Shown in pieces: positions 24,113 to 31,155 of a stretch of 43,329 nt of DNA. Under the pieces are notes generated by a model. That model had not been told where the DNA came from, did not search any database, and was given only the letters and a program-made list of their open reading frames with translations. This DNA is from a virus. A program made the translations under genes and the position numbers. The stretch lies in IMG/VR virus record IMGVR_UViG_3300009156_000012; one strand, given 5' to 3'. The first letter of the stretch is position 1, and each line of letters starts with the position of its first letter.

Positions 24113-25497
24113 AGCTCGATCCTCCCCGGGCGACGGGGGTTCGGCTCATCAGGAGGCGGGATGAACCATCCAGTCGGCCGACGTTCCTGCACCCTTACCA
24201 CCGGAAGCAGCTTCCACGCCAGCGATCCATAGCGGAAGGCATCGGCATAGTGCGTCGTCCAGTTGCGCTTTTCCTCCTGCTTGAAGGCCTTTAGCTCCTC
24301 ATCCCACGTGCGACAATACTGTTCGAGCGCCGCTACACCGATTTCCTCGCAGCGCGGGTGAAAGATCGAGAGCGGCAGCGTGCGGCGCGCGGCCTCGATG
24401 CCGTCGAGCTTGCTCATGTTCGGCACGAGGATCGGATGCAGACCGTGCTCGATCATGCTCTCGACGCGCGTGCGGCCAGATCCCCATTCGAGCACCTTGG
24501 CATCGTGCGGCACGTAGTCGTTGCCGTCCTTCCAGCCGTGCAGTGCGCGCTTCTGCTCGATCACACCGGCATAATGCTCGACGCCCGCCGTCATCGCGCC
24601 ATAGACATCGAGCCAGAGGATCTGCGCGCCGCGCATCTGGAAGAACCAGATCGCAGTGTCGTCGCGCACGCCGATGTCCCATGCGCGATGCACCGGCAGC
24701 TCGGGATCGTGCTCGACGTCGATGATGCGTTTCTCCTTGCGCACCTCCATCATTTCGAGCGCGAAGTAGGCGCCAAGGATCGCGGCGCTAAAGTTGCAAT
24801 TGTATTCCTGCTCGAACTGCGCCTGACCAACGTCGCGACCGAACAGCGCGATGTACTCGGCGAGCGCCTCGTCGAGCTGCGCCTGCGAGAGCGCTGCGGT
24901 GTCGCGCGCGGTGAGCAGCGAGGTGAACCAGTGCGGGCTCTTCATCGCCATGTCGAACATGGTCTTTGCGTGGTTGCGTCCGCGCGGCGTCGTGATGAAG
25001 AGCGCGTAGCCGTTGTTCTCTTCGAGGATGGGACGGTGATAGCCCCACGCACCGGGATGCGAGAGCGCCCACTCGCTGTACGTGATGCCCGCAACGCCCG
25101 AGCCGACAGTCGCATCGTATCGATCGCTGCCGATCACCTGCCACGTCGAGCCGTTGTGAAAGCGGATGAACATCTCATTGTCATTGATGTTGGCGCGCAG
25201 CTCGGGCGGGAACGCTTCATCAATGCGCCGCTTGCCGGTGTGCGAGTTGACCGCAGTCCATATGGCTTTTCGGCCCTGCTCATACTCGGGCAGGCAGTGC
25301 CAATAATTGCCGACGCGATCATGCGCGGAGCACGCGGCGAAGTGCAGCGCGACGTCATCCTTGCCTGCACGACGATGCCACACCGCCATCGCGCGCTTGC
25401 CGCCATCGATGAGGTGATAAAACAGCGCTTCCTGATACGGACGCGGTCGCCAGTTATTTGGAAGACGGATCGTCATGGCCATTGCCGTTGAGCGCAT
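24109..25497 (-). CDS. terL: Terminase large subunit
   Basis: Walker-A-like WHRRAGKDD. C-terminal RNaseH-like nuclease motif AWDIGVRDDTAIWFF. Adjacent TerS-like gene. Start ambiguous (25497, 25482 or 25476). Confidence 0.85.
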   Translation of the reverse strand: MRSTAMAMTIRLPNNWRPRPYQEALFYHLIDGGKRAMAVWHRRAGKDDVALHFAACSAHDRVGNYWHCLPEYEQGRKAIWTAVNSHTGKRRIDEAFPPELRANINDNEMFIRFHNGSTWQVIGSDRYDATVGSGVAGITYSEWALSHPGAWGYHRPILEENNGYALFITTPRGRNHAKTMFDMAMKSPHWFTSLLTARDTAALSQAQLDEALAEYIALFGRDVGQAQFEQEYNCNFSAAILGAYFALEMMEVRKEKRIIDVEHDPELPVHRAWDIGVRDDTAIWFFQMRGAQILWLDVYGAMTAGVEHYAGVIEQKRALHGWKDGNDYVPHDAKVLEWGSGRTRVESMIEHGLHPILVPNMSKLDGIEAARRTLPLSIFHPRCEEIGVAALEQYCRTWDEELKAFKQEEKRNWTTHYADAFRYGSLAWKLLPVVRVQERRPTGWFIPPPDEPNPRRPGRIEL

Positions 25498-25834
25498 GAC
25501 CGTTCGGCGTCACATCGATCGTCAACGGCTGCGACTGCACTGGCAACGGCTCGAAGCGGCGCACGATCTCGACGACAAGCTTGTTGGCTTGCACATCGAT
25601 CTGCAGCGGAATGATTTTCGAGAGCGCAGGCACGAACACCTGCGGATGCGAGAGTGCGACGGACTTCAAATAATTATGAAGTCCGTCGTCGCCTCCACCA
25701 CCTGCGCTGTTCGCCGCGCGCAGGAACGCCTCCTTCAGCAGGAGAGTAGGCATCGTAGGGCCGGGTGGCCTGCCCTTTGGGTTGCGAACTTCACCCTTCT
25801 TGATCGACGTGCGGTTTGCCTTGCCCACGTGCAA
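25454..25834 (-). CDS. terS: Terminase small subunit candidate (126 aa)
   Basis: N-terminal KKGEVRNPKGRPPG motif, common in small terminases. Lies directly upstream of TerL. The start is non-ATG (TTG 25834 or GTG 25828). Confidence 0.55.
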   Translation of the reverse strand: MHVGKANRTSIKKGEVRNPKGRPPGPTMPTLLLKEAFLRAANSAGGGGDDGLHNYLKSVALSHPQVFVPALSKIIPLQIDVQANKLVVEIVRRFEPLPVQSQPLTIDVTPNGHALNGNGHDDPSSK

Positions 25835-26288
25835 TCTCGTGCTTTTTCTGATCTGGCGCTCTTACCACGTCGGCGAGCCCGCGCCACCACACATCGTGAT
25901 CGAACGCGAGGGCGCGCGTGCAGAGTGTGAGCGAAACGAGCTGGAAGCGCTGCACGCGCAGGCTCTCGCGACTGCAGTCGTCGAGCACCCAGATCCGCCA
26001 GCCGCCATAGAGCGGGACGCCAAAAACAAAGCGCGCCCGGCCACCCGCACGGGCAAATGCGTCATGCCAAGCAATCTGCACGCTACGGATGTGACGGGGG
26101 TAAAGCCAGTCCCCGGTGACCTCTGCAAGCTTCACTTCAACCGGGAGGAGCAACTTCGCAGATTGCACCAAAACGAATAAATCGGGGCATCCGGCCGTGC
26201 CTCCGCGCGCCGTCTCCACCGGGAAAACGAACCCCGGGGGAGAGCTAAGTTGTTGGACGATATAGCGTTTCAGGGCATTCTCGTTCAT
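25791..26288 (-). CDS. VRR-NUC / PD-(D/E)xK nuclease (165 aa)
   Basis: GCPDLFVLVQSAKLLLPVEVK core motif. ATG at 26288 is preceded by GAGGAGG. The track extension MTFLTFLTFL is a translation of the repeat array. Confidence 0.7.
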   Translation of the reverse strand: MNENALKRYIVQQLSSPPGFVFPVETARGGTAGCPDLFVLVQSAKLLLPVEVKLAEVTGDWLYPRHIRSVQIAWHDAFARAGGRARFVFGVPLYGGWRIWVLDDCSRESLRVQRFQLVSLTLCTRALAFDHDVWWRGLADVVRAPDQKKHEIARGQGKPHVDQEG

Positions 26289-26305
26289 CGGAGCCTCCTC
26301 GGGCA

Positions 26306-26332
26306 GAAAGGTCAGGAAGGTCAGAAAGGTCA
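26306..26332. repeat. Three tandem 9-mers, GAAAGGTCA / GGAAGGTCA / GAAAGGTCA
   Basis: Read directly. They are the inverted complement of the 26406-26440 array. Confidence 0.9.
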
Positions 26333-26342
26333 CCCGTTCCTA

Positions 26343-26358
26343 CTCTCTCTCTCTCTCT
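26343..26358. repeat. (CT)8 dinucleotide microsatellite
   Basis: Read directly. Confidence 0.95.
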
Positions 26359-26365
26359 TCCCCTT

Positions 26366-26386
26366 CATCATCATCATCATCATCAT
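26366..26386. repeat. (CAT)7 trinucleotide microsatellite
   Basis: Read directly. It reads (ATG)7 on the transcribed minus strand. Confidence 0.95.
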
Positions 26387-26405
26387 TTCTCAAGTAAGAG
26401 GAGAC

Positions 26406-26440
26406 TGACCTTTCTGACCTTTCTGACCTTTTGACCTTTT
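26406..26440. repeat. Four tandem copies of TGACCTTT(C/T) spaced 9, 9 and 8 nt
   Basis: Read directly. Inverted relative to 26306-26332. Confidence 0.9.
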
Positions 26441-26443
26441 CAC

Positions 26444-27067
26444 TCAACTCCGCTCGCTCGGCATCAAAAGCCGCACACCATGCTCGGGACAGGTCAGCCG
26501 CCCGGCCGCCATCTGATCAAGCCGCACCTTGGCGACGAAGCCGCACTCCGGGCAGGCGACGTTGGTCATCTTGGGCGTCTTCTGCACCCGGAAGTCGACC
26601 GCCCGGCCATGGGTGTAGCGCCCCGCTGGAAGGGGTCCCAGTCGCGCCAGCGTGGCCGCCCAGAGGCGTTTGAACTCATCCCCTTCCGTTGTGGCCGTCA
26701 TCTTGCCGCGCAGCCCTGCGGCCGTCGCAAGCAGCCGGAACTCGCGCCCGTGCTTCACCTCGTGCGGCAGTGCGGCATGGCAAAGCTCATGCACGAGGAT
26801 CCCGGCCACGCGCACCGGGTCCGTCTCGGCCGACGTCACCCAGATCTCGCGCCCCTTGTCCTCGGTCACGTCGCCGGTCCAGCACAGGCCGATGGCGCGC
26901 ATCTTGCGGTGCGGCGGGCAGATCGCGGCGCGCAGGTTCCCCGGCAGGGGTGACCCGAGCGCGGCGAACGTGCCGCGCGCGTCGGCAATGAACTCGTTCA
27001 GCCACTGCTCGCGCGTGAGCTGGCCAGCTTGCGTCTTCTGCGTCTTGACAAGTGCGTTTTTCATCAT
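26444..27067 (-). CDS. SprT-like zinc metalloprotease with C-terminal zinc ribbon (207 aa)
   Basis: HELCHAALPHE (HExxH) plus CPECG...CPEHG. ATG-ATG at 27067 is preceded by GGAGAA. The upstream part of the track ORF is Arg/Gly-rich out-of-frame-like sequence. Confidence 0.7.
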   Translation of the reverse strand: MMKNALVKTQKTQAGQLTREQWLNEFIADARGTFAALGSPLPGNLRAAICPPHRKMRAIGLCWTGDVTEDKGREIWVTSAETDPVRVAGILVHELCHAALPHEVKHGREFRLLATAAGLRGKMTATTEGDEFKRLWAATLARLGPLPAGRYTHGRAVDFRVQKTPKMTNVACPECGFVAKVRLDQMAAGRLTCPEHGVRLLMPSERS

Positions 27068-27113
27068 GGTTCTCCGTTGGTTCCTGATTTGATGCCGTGA
27101 ACACTCATTTTCT

Positions 27114-27150
27114 GGACGGGCGGCAAATATCCGGTATTTGCCGCCCGTCC
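27114..27150 (-). terminator. Perfect 16-bp stem, 5-nt loop hairpin after the helicase gene
   Basis: GGACGGGCGGCAAATA-tccgg-TATTTGCCGCCCGTCC. T-run on the plus side only (TTTTCT upstream), A-run on the minus side. Confidence 0.5.
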
Positions 27151-27156
27151 CGCGCC

Positions 27157-28704
27157 CTAGCGCACGAACACCAGCGTGCTCATGGCCCGGGTGATCGCCA
27201 CGTAGGCGAGGTTGCGCTCCTGCAGCTGCTGCCACGGCAGCCGTGCCGCCTTGGACGGGCAGCGCGCCGCATGCTCCAGCAGCAGCACGCGCTGCCACTC
27301 GCGCCCCTTCGAGCGGTGGTAGGTCGCCAGCACGACCACGTTCGTCCCGACGTCGTCGCCGAACAGGTTCTCGATGAACGCAACCACGTCCTCGACCGTT
27401 TGCCTGCCCTGCAGCTGCACCGCAGTGCAGATCTCGCGCAGCGTGGCGACCTTGTCGGCGACTTCCTGCGCCTTCTGCTCGCTGCCCTTGGCCAGCGCCT
27501 TCTGCGTCTCGCGCGCCTCGTAGTCCTCCAGCCGGACCAGCAGGTCCTCGATCAGCTCGACCTTCCAGCGCCGCGCCAGCTTGGCGAGCCCGGTGCCGAT
27601 CGCGCGCCCCTCGACCTTGCACGCCACGCCCTTGCGGATCAGCGCGTATGCGGTCGAGACCAGCGGAGCGGTGTTGCGGCAGAGGATGGCGTCGCCCGGC
27701 GCAAGATCGGCGGGCAGCTCCTCGACGCGCAGCACCTCGCCTTCCGGCGCTTCCGCCGCCGCCTCGTAGTCGGGCACGATCTGCTGCGCGAGAGCGACCA
27801 CCTGCTTCGGGCAGCGGAACGTGACGGTGAGCGGGAACACCTCCGCGCCGAGCGCCTCGACCATGTTCGCCATCGCGTTGGTGTCGGCGCCCGAGAAGCC
27901 GTAGATCGCCTGCCGGTCGTCGCCGATGATGTGCAGGTTGCCGCCCGGCGCGACGAACTTGCGCACCAGCGCGAAGCGCGCGCGCGAGATGTCCTGCGCC
28001 TCGTCGACGAAGATCTCGTCGCGGGTGAACTTCACGCGGATGTTCTTGATCAGCGGGAACAGGATCATGTCGTCGAAGTCGACGATGTGCGTCATCTGCA
28101 GCGAGAGCTTGTAGAGCACCTGCGCGGCGGAAATCACCTGCTCCATCGCATCGGTCTCGTCGAGCCCGTTGACGTCATAGTGGTCAGCGAGATCCGCCCA
28201 CACCTGCACCGAGCCGATCGGCAGGTCGTCGAAGAAGCCGACGCCAGCCTGCTTGCCGAGCGAGACCAGCTGCATCACCTGCGCGCCATACTGGCGCAGC
28301 ACGTAGACCGGGATGGCGTCGCCGTAGGGCGAGGGGCGCCCGTCGGCGTCGGCGCCGTCGATGATCGTGCGCACGATGTCGCGCACCTTGTTGGCGTCGA
28401 TCTTCGGCGAGCGGAAGGCGAAGCGCACGAGGCCCCACCCCATCGCGTGCGCGGTCTGCGCGCCAACCGTCTTCCAGTCGTCGTGGCCGCGCCGCTTCAG
28501 CTTGCCCGCGACCTCGTCGGCGATCGCCTTGTTGTAGGCGCACACCGTGACGCTGCGCTCGGGATGCGCGGCGCGCAGCGCGTCGACCGCGCTCAGGATG
28601 GTGGTGGTCTTGCCCGTGCCTGCGCGCGCCTGCAGGGCCTTGTTGCCGTCGCAGCGCGCGACCGCGTCGATGAAGGCCTGCTGCTGGGTGGTGGGTGCGT
28701 TCAT
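27157..28704 (-). CDS. UvrD/Rep/PcrA-type superfamily-1 DNA helicase (515 aa)
   Basis: Motifs ARAGTGKTTT (I), IFVDEAQD (II), GDDRQAIYGFSGAD (III), ATYHRSKGREW (V), AYVAITRA (VI). Confidence 0.85.
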   Translation of the reverse strand: MNAPTTQQQAFIDAVARCDGNKALQARAGTGKTTTILSAVDALRAAHPERSVTVCAYNKAIADEVAGKLKRRGHDDWKTVGAQTAHAMGWGLVRFAFRSPKIDANKVRDIVRTIIDGADADGRPSPYGDAIPVYVLRQYGAQVMQLVSLGKQAGVGFFDDLPIGSVQVWADLADHYDVNGLDETDAMEQVISAAQVLYKLSLQMTHIVDFDDMILFPLIKNIRVKFTRDEIFVDEAQDISRARFALVRKFVAPGGNLHIIGDDRQAIYGFSGADTNAMANMVEALGAEVFPLTVTFRCPKQVVALAQQIVPDYEAAAEAPEGEVLRVEELPADLAPGDAILCRNTAPLVSTAYALIRKGVACKVEGRAIGTGLAKLARRWKVELIEDLLVRLEDYEARETQKALAKGSEQKAQEVADKVATLREICTAVQLQGRQTVEDVVAFIENLFGDDVGTNVVVLATYHRSKGREWQRVLLLEHAARCPSKAARLPWQQLQERNLAYVAITRAMSTLVFVR

Positions 28705-28732
28705 GGTGGTTCTCCGGGTTGCGCCAGCGCCT

Positions 28733-28778
28733 GCTGGCCAGCTCTTGTCCCATGTCCAAGGGGTAAAGGCAAGGCCTT
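28733..28778 (-). promoter_or_regulatory. Class II promoter-like module upstream of the helicase gene
   Basis: Minus strand reads AAGGCC-TTGCCT-N17-GACAAG-A-GCTGGCCAGC. Same architecture and leader (GGTTCTCCGGGTTGCGCCAG) as 29948-29993. Confidence 0.4.
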
Positions 28779-28898
28779 ATTTCGGGTTTGGAAAGGCCTT
28801 TTTAGCCTCTGGGAAGCCCGCTGGTGCGCTGTTTTTTCCCGGGCATCACCCTAGCGGGCACTCCGGAATAACGCACCAGCGCCCGTCTCTGGAGCGGC

Positions 28899-28931
28899 GC
28901 GAGATGTCCTAGAGTGGCAGGGACATCTCGC
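28899..28931 (-). terminator. 11-bp stem hairpin just after the 231-aa gene
   Basis: GCGAGATGTCC (28899-28909) pairs with GGACATCTCGC (28921-28931), with an 11-nt loop. Confidence 0.4.
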
Positions 28932-28946
28932 ACATCGGCAAGGCCT

Positions 28947-29642
28947 TTAGAGCCGGATCCAGAGGTCGCCGTCGCGCTTGTGCGTCTGCTTCCATCCCTC
29001 GTAGCGCACCACGCACTCGGCGAGGAACTCGGCCTGCATGCGGATCTTGCCGTCGCGGTGGCGCACGTCGCGCTTCTTGAAGCCGTCGAACGTGGCGTCG
29101 TCGCCGTAGAACCCCATGCGATAGTCCGAGCTGCCGATCACCTCGGCGAACGTCTCGCGCGTGAAGCTGAGCGTCTTGGTCGTCCGGCTGCAGTCCTGAC
29201 CGTACACGATGTAGCCGAACGAGACCGGCGCCAGCTCGGCGACCACCTCGTTGCGCGCCTTGCGCATGACTTCGAGGCTGTTCTTCAATCCCTCGATCAT
29301 GCGGCCGAGCGCGTCGCGCGACACTTCCCAAGGATCCTTGCGGGCGCCCGGGCAGCTCGACGTCTGCCACCCGGTGCCGGGGCGCTCGTAGCCGTGGTGC
29401 GCGATCAGCCCGCCCTTGGCGAGGATCGGACGGGCGCAGCACTGGCAGTGCATGCGCTCGTTGGTGTCGTCGGCCTTCAGCTTGCGCTGCTCGATCGAGT
29501 AGTTCTTGCGGCGTTCCTTGCGGTACGTCTTCTCGATGTAGCCGAGCGCTGCCTCCTTGCTCTCGAAGGCGAGCCCGCGTAGCGCGACGTAGCGCCCGCT
29601 GAGCGGCTTGAATTCGGTGATCACGTATTTGATGTCGCTCAT
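28947..29642 (-). CDS. Hypothetical Cys/His-rich protein (231 aa)
   Basis: Clean ORF with RBS GGAGAAC. HCQCCARP...HHGYERPGTGWQTSSCPG is a possible metal site. No family recognised. Confidence 0.65.
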   Translation of the reverse strand: MSDIKYVITEFKPLSGRYVALRGLAFESKEAALGYIEKTYRKERRKNYSIEQRKLKADDTNERMHCQCCARPILAKGGLIAHHGYERPGTGWQTSSCPGARKDPWEVSRDALGRMIEGLKNSLEVMRKARNEVVAELAPVSFGYIVYGQDCSRTTKTLSFTRETFAEVIGSSDYRMGFYGDDATFDGFKKRDVRHRDGKIRMQAEFLAECVVRYEGWKQTHKRDGDLWIRL

Positions 29643-29671
29643 GTTGGTTCTCCGGTTGTTGGGTTGTCGGC

Positions 29672-29920
29672 TCAGAACGGGATCTCATCGTCGAGCAGCG
29701 CGGGCACGTAGCCGAAGGCGCCAAACTGCGGGCCACGGATCTCGATGTCGTCCTGACATTCGATGCGCCATTCGGCCAGATCATGCGCTGCTTCCTGCGC
29801 CAGCATCGCAGGGCTTTCTGCGCCGTAGTACGCGCAGGCTTCCTCGTAGGTGTTGAAGTCGTCGGCCCAACCGCCGAAACGCGGGGAGGGCATGTCGTCG
29901 GGATGCATCGGGTAGCTCAT
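29672..29920 (-). CDS. Acidic 82-aa protein ending in SSB-type C-terminal tip LLDDEIPF
   Basis: ATG at 29920 is preceded by GGAGAACCGACAG. The upstream part of the track ORF looks out-of-frame. The C-terminal DDEIPF equals the bacterial SSB tail consensus. No OB-fold-like sequence is visible. Confidence 0.65.
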   Translation of the reverse strand: MSYPMHPDDMPSPRFGGWADDFNTYEEACAYYGAESPAMLAQEAAHDLAEWRIECQDDIEIRGPQFGAFGYVPALLDDEIPF

Positions 29921-29947
29921 CTGTCGGTTCTCCGGGTTGCGCCAGAA

Positions 29948-29993
29948 GCTGGCCAGCGCTTGTTTCACGGCTGGCCAGCAAAGGCAAGGCCTT
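29948..29993 (-). promoter_or_regulatory. Class II promoter-like module upstream of the SSB-tail gene
   Basis: Minus strand reads AAGGCC-TTGCCT-N17-AACAAG-C-GCTGGCCAGC. A second GCTGGCCAGC lies inside the spacer (29970-29979). Confidence 0.4.
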
Positions 29994-29997
29994 TTAT

Positions 29998-30267
29998 TCA
30001 GATGTCGTCCACGTCGTCGCCGTTCTCGGGCAGCTCGGCAGGCTCCTTTCCAGCGAGCACCTCGTAGCCGGTGAGCGAGAAGGGAAAGGTCATCTTTTTG
30101 CGTCCACCTCCCGCCTTGATCCGCTCGTAGCGCGACAGCTGCTTCTCGATCGCCTTGAGCTTGAGCGCGATGCGGGTGAGCTTGTCGATCGTGTCGTCGC
30201 GCTGCTCGACGAGGCGACCGTACTGCGCGGCGAGGGCCGCCGCGCGCTTGGTCTGGAGCTTGTTCAT
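29998..30267 (-). CDS. Coiled-coil protein with acidic tail (89 aa)
   Basis: ATG at 30267 forms ATGA with the upstream stop. Sequence MNKLQTKRAAALAAQYGRLVEQRDDTIDKL... ending ENGDDVDDI. Confidence 0.6.
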   Translation of the reverse strand: MNKLQTKRAAALAAQYGRLVEQRDDTIDKLTRIALKLKAIEKQLSRYERIKAGGGRKKMTFPFSLTGYEVLAGKEPAELPENGDDVDDI

Positions 30268-30386
30268 GAGAGCACCCACATTGCTGCAACGCCAATGAGC
30301 ATGCTCACCCAAGCGCAGGCCAAGATCACGAACGGGGCTGCGATCGCGAACAGGATGAGGCTGGCCAATCTGTTGATCGGGTTCAT
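30264..30386 (-). CDS. 40-aa hydrophobic membrane peptide
   Basis: AGGAGGA lies 6 nt before ATG 30386. Sequence MNPINRLASLILFAIAAPFVILACAWVSMLIGVAAMWVLS. Confidence 0.55.
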   Translation of the reverse strand: MNPINRLASLILFAIAAPFVILACAWVSMLIGVAAMWVLS

Positions 30387-30562
30387 TTTGTTTCCTCCTT
30401 GCTGATGACTTCGACGTCGCGGATGAACATCGTCTGGCGCAACGTGCGCGCCAGCGCCTCTGCATCCTCGCTCGTGATGCAATAGGCGTGGCGCCGTTTC
30501 CCATGCGGGTGCTCGTGCAGGGTCACGTTGAAATCGGTCCATCGCACTTCGAACCTGCTCAT
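30383..30562 (-). CDS. 59-aa hypothetical protein
   Basis: Hand translation gives MSRFEVRWTDFNVTLHEHPHGKRRHAYCITSEDAEALARTLRQTMFIRDVEVISKEETK. Coupled at both ends (TGATG, ATGA). Below the track cutoff. Confidence 0.5.
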   Translation of the reverse strand: MSRFEVRWTDFNVTLHEHPHGKRRHAYCITSEDAEALARTLRQTMFIRDVEVISKEETK

Positions 30563-30834
30563 CAGATCACCACCTTCACGGTGGGCACCACCTTGGTGGT
30601 GGTGTGCGCGGCGATGAACTGTGGCGACAGCTTGGCGCGCACCGCCTTCATGTCGAGCGTGTTGCGCTCGGGCATGGTGATCTCGACGGCATAGAGCACG
30701 CCACGGTGGCGGCCTGCGCCGAGCGTGAGCACCTCCTCGCGCGCGAGCTTTTCCTCCGCTTCGAGATCCGCGATGCGGCTGCGCAGGACCGCGAGCTTGT
30801 CGATCGCGTTGATGGTCTTGGCCTGAATGTTCAT
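30562..30834 (-). CDS. Hypothetical protein (90 aa)
   Basis: Clean ORF with RBS GGAGAAC 6 nt upstream. Confidence 0.65.
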   Translation of the reverse strand: MNIQAKTINAIDKLAVLRSRIADLEAEEKLAREEVLTLGAGRHRGVLYAVEITMPERNTLDMKAVRAKLSPQFIAAHTTTKVVPTVKVVI

Positions 30835-30856
30835 GTCAGTTCTCCGGTTGGTTGGG

Positions 30857-30896
30857 GTTTCAGTCAGTTTCAGTCAGTTTCAGCTAGTTTCAGTGA
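30857..30896. repeat. 4 x 10-bp tandem array GTTTCAG(T/C)(C/T/G)A
   Basis: gtttcagtca gtttcagtca gtttcagcta gtttcagtga, read directly. Lies in the 55-nt gap between two genes, and the last unit overlaps the upstream stop codon. Confidence 0.9.
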
Positions 30897-31117
30897 TTGT
30901 CGGCGAAGGGCGTCTCTGCCCCGCGCCACACGCAGTTGGTCAGCTCCTCGCGCGCGCGGGTCCATGTCTCGACGACGTCGACCAGCATGCCGTCACGCAC
31001 CAGCTCGACTTCGACGTCCCAGCTGTTGCAGCAGGAAAAGTAGGTCGTGCTCGGAACGGCGACCATCTTCTGGCGCTTGCAGGTGGGGCAGGAGAGGGTG
31101 TGGTAGCGGGTGATCAT
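30890..31117 (-). CDS. Small Cys-rich hypothetical protein (75 aa)
   Basis: LSCPTCKRQ...FSCCNSW is a possible zinc site. RBS GGAGGA. Confidence 0.6.
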   Translation of the reverse strand: MITRYHTLSCPTCKRQKMVAVPSTTYFSCCNSWDVEVELVRDGMLVDVVETWTRAREELTNCVWRGAETPFADNH

Positions 31118-31155
31118 GGGCAGTCCTCCGGTTTCCGGCCGCAGCCGGTACCGGA

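Noticed and set aside
24284-24291. AAGGCCTT copies inside coding regions (24284 in terL, 33470 in the 289-aa gene) as additional promoters
   Set aside because: No -10-like TTTAAC or ACAAG hexamer lies at the 17-nt spacing. These are probably chance occurrences, although the 33468 copy has the full 10-mer and is mentioned in the findings.
26289-26333. N-terminal extension MTFLTFLTFLPEEAP of the VRR-NUC ORF
   Set aside because: It is a translation of the 9-mer repeat array from a GTG. A strong GAGGAGG RBS precedes the internal ATG at 26288.
26339-26386. Mini-ORF MMMMMMMKGKRERERE on the minus strand, made by (ATG)7 and (AG)8, and possible phase-variable fusion to the nuclease gene
   Set aside because: It has no RBS. 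I checked gain or loss of one AG unit, and both run into stops (TGA at 26333 region or TAG later), so slippage cannot fuse it to the downstream gene. It is treated as a non-coding repeat.
26306-26440. CRISPR array interpretation of the short repeat clusters (also 30857-30896)
   Set aside because: The repeats are only 9-10 bp and directly abutting, with no spacers. No cas genes are present.
28184-28759. ORF starting in the helicase leader (MDMGQELASRRW...) and other short ATG-initiated frames in 28705-28946
   Set aside because: The long one is out of frame over the helicase gene and Arg-rich. The others terminate after 6-14 codons and lack an RBS.
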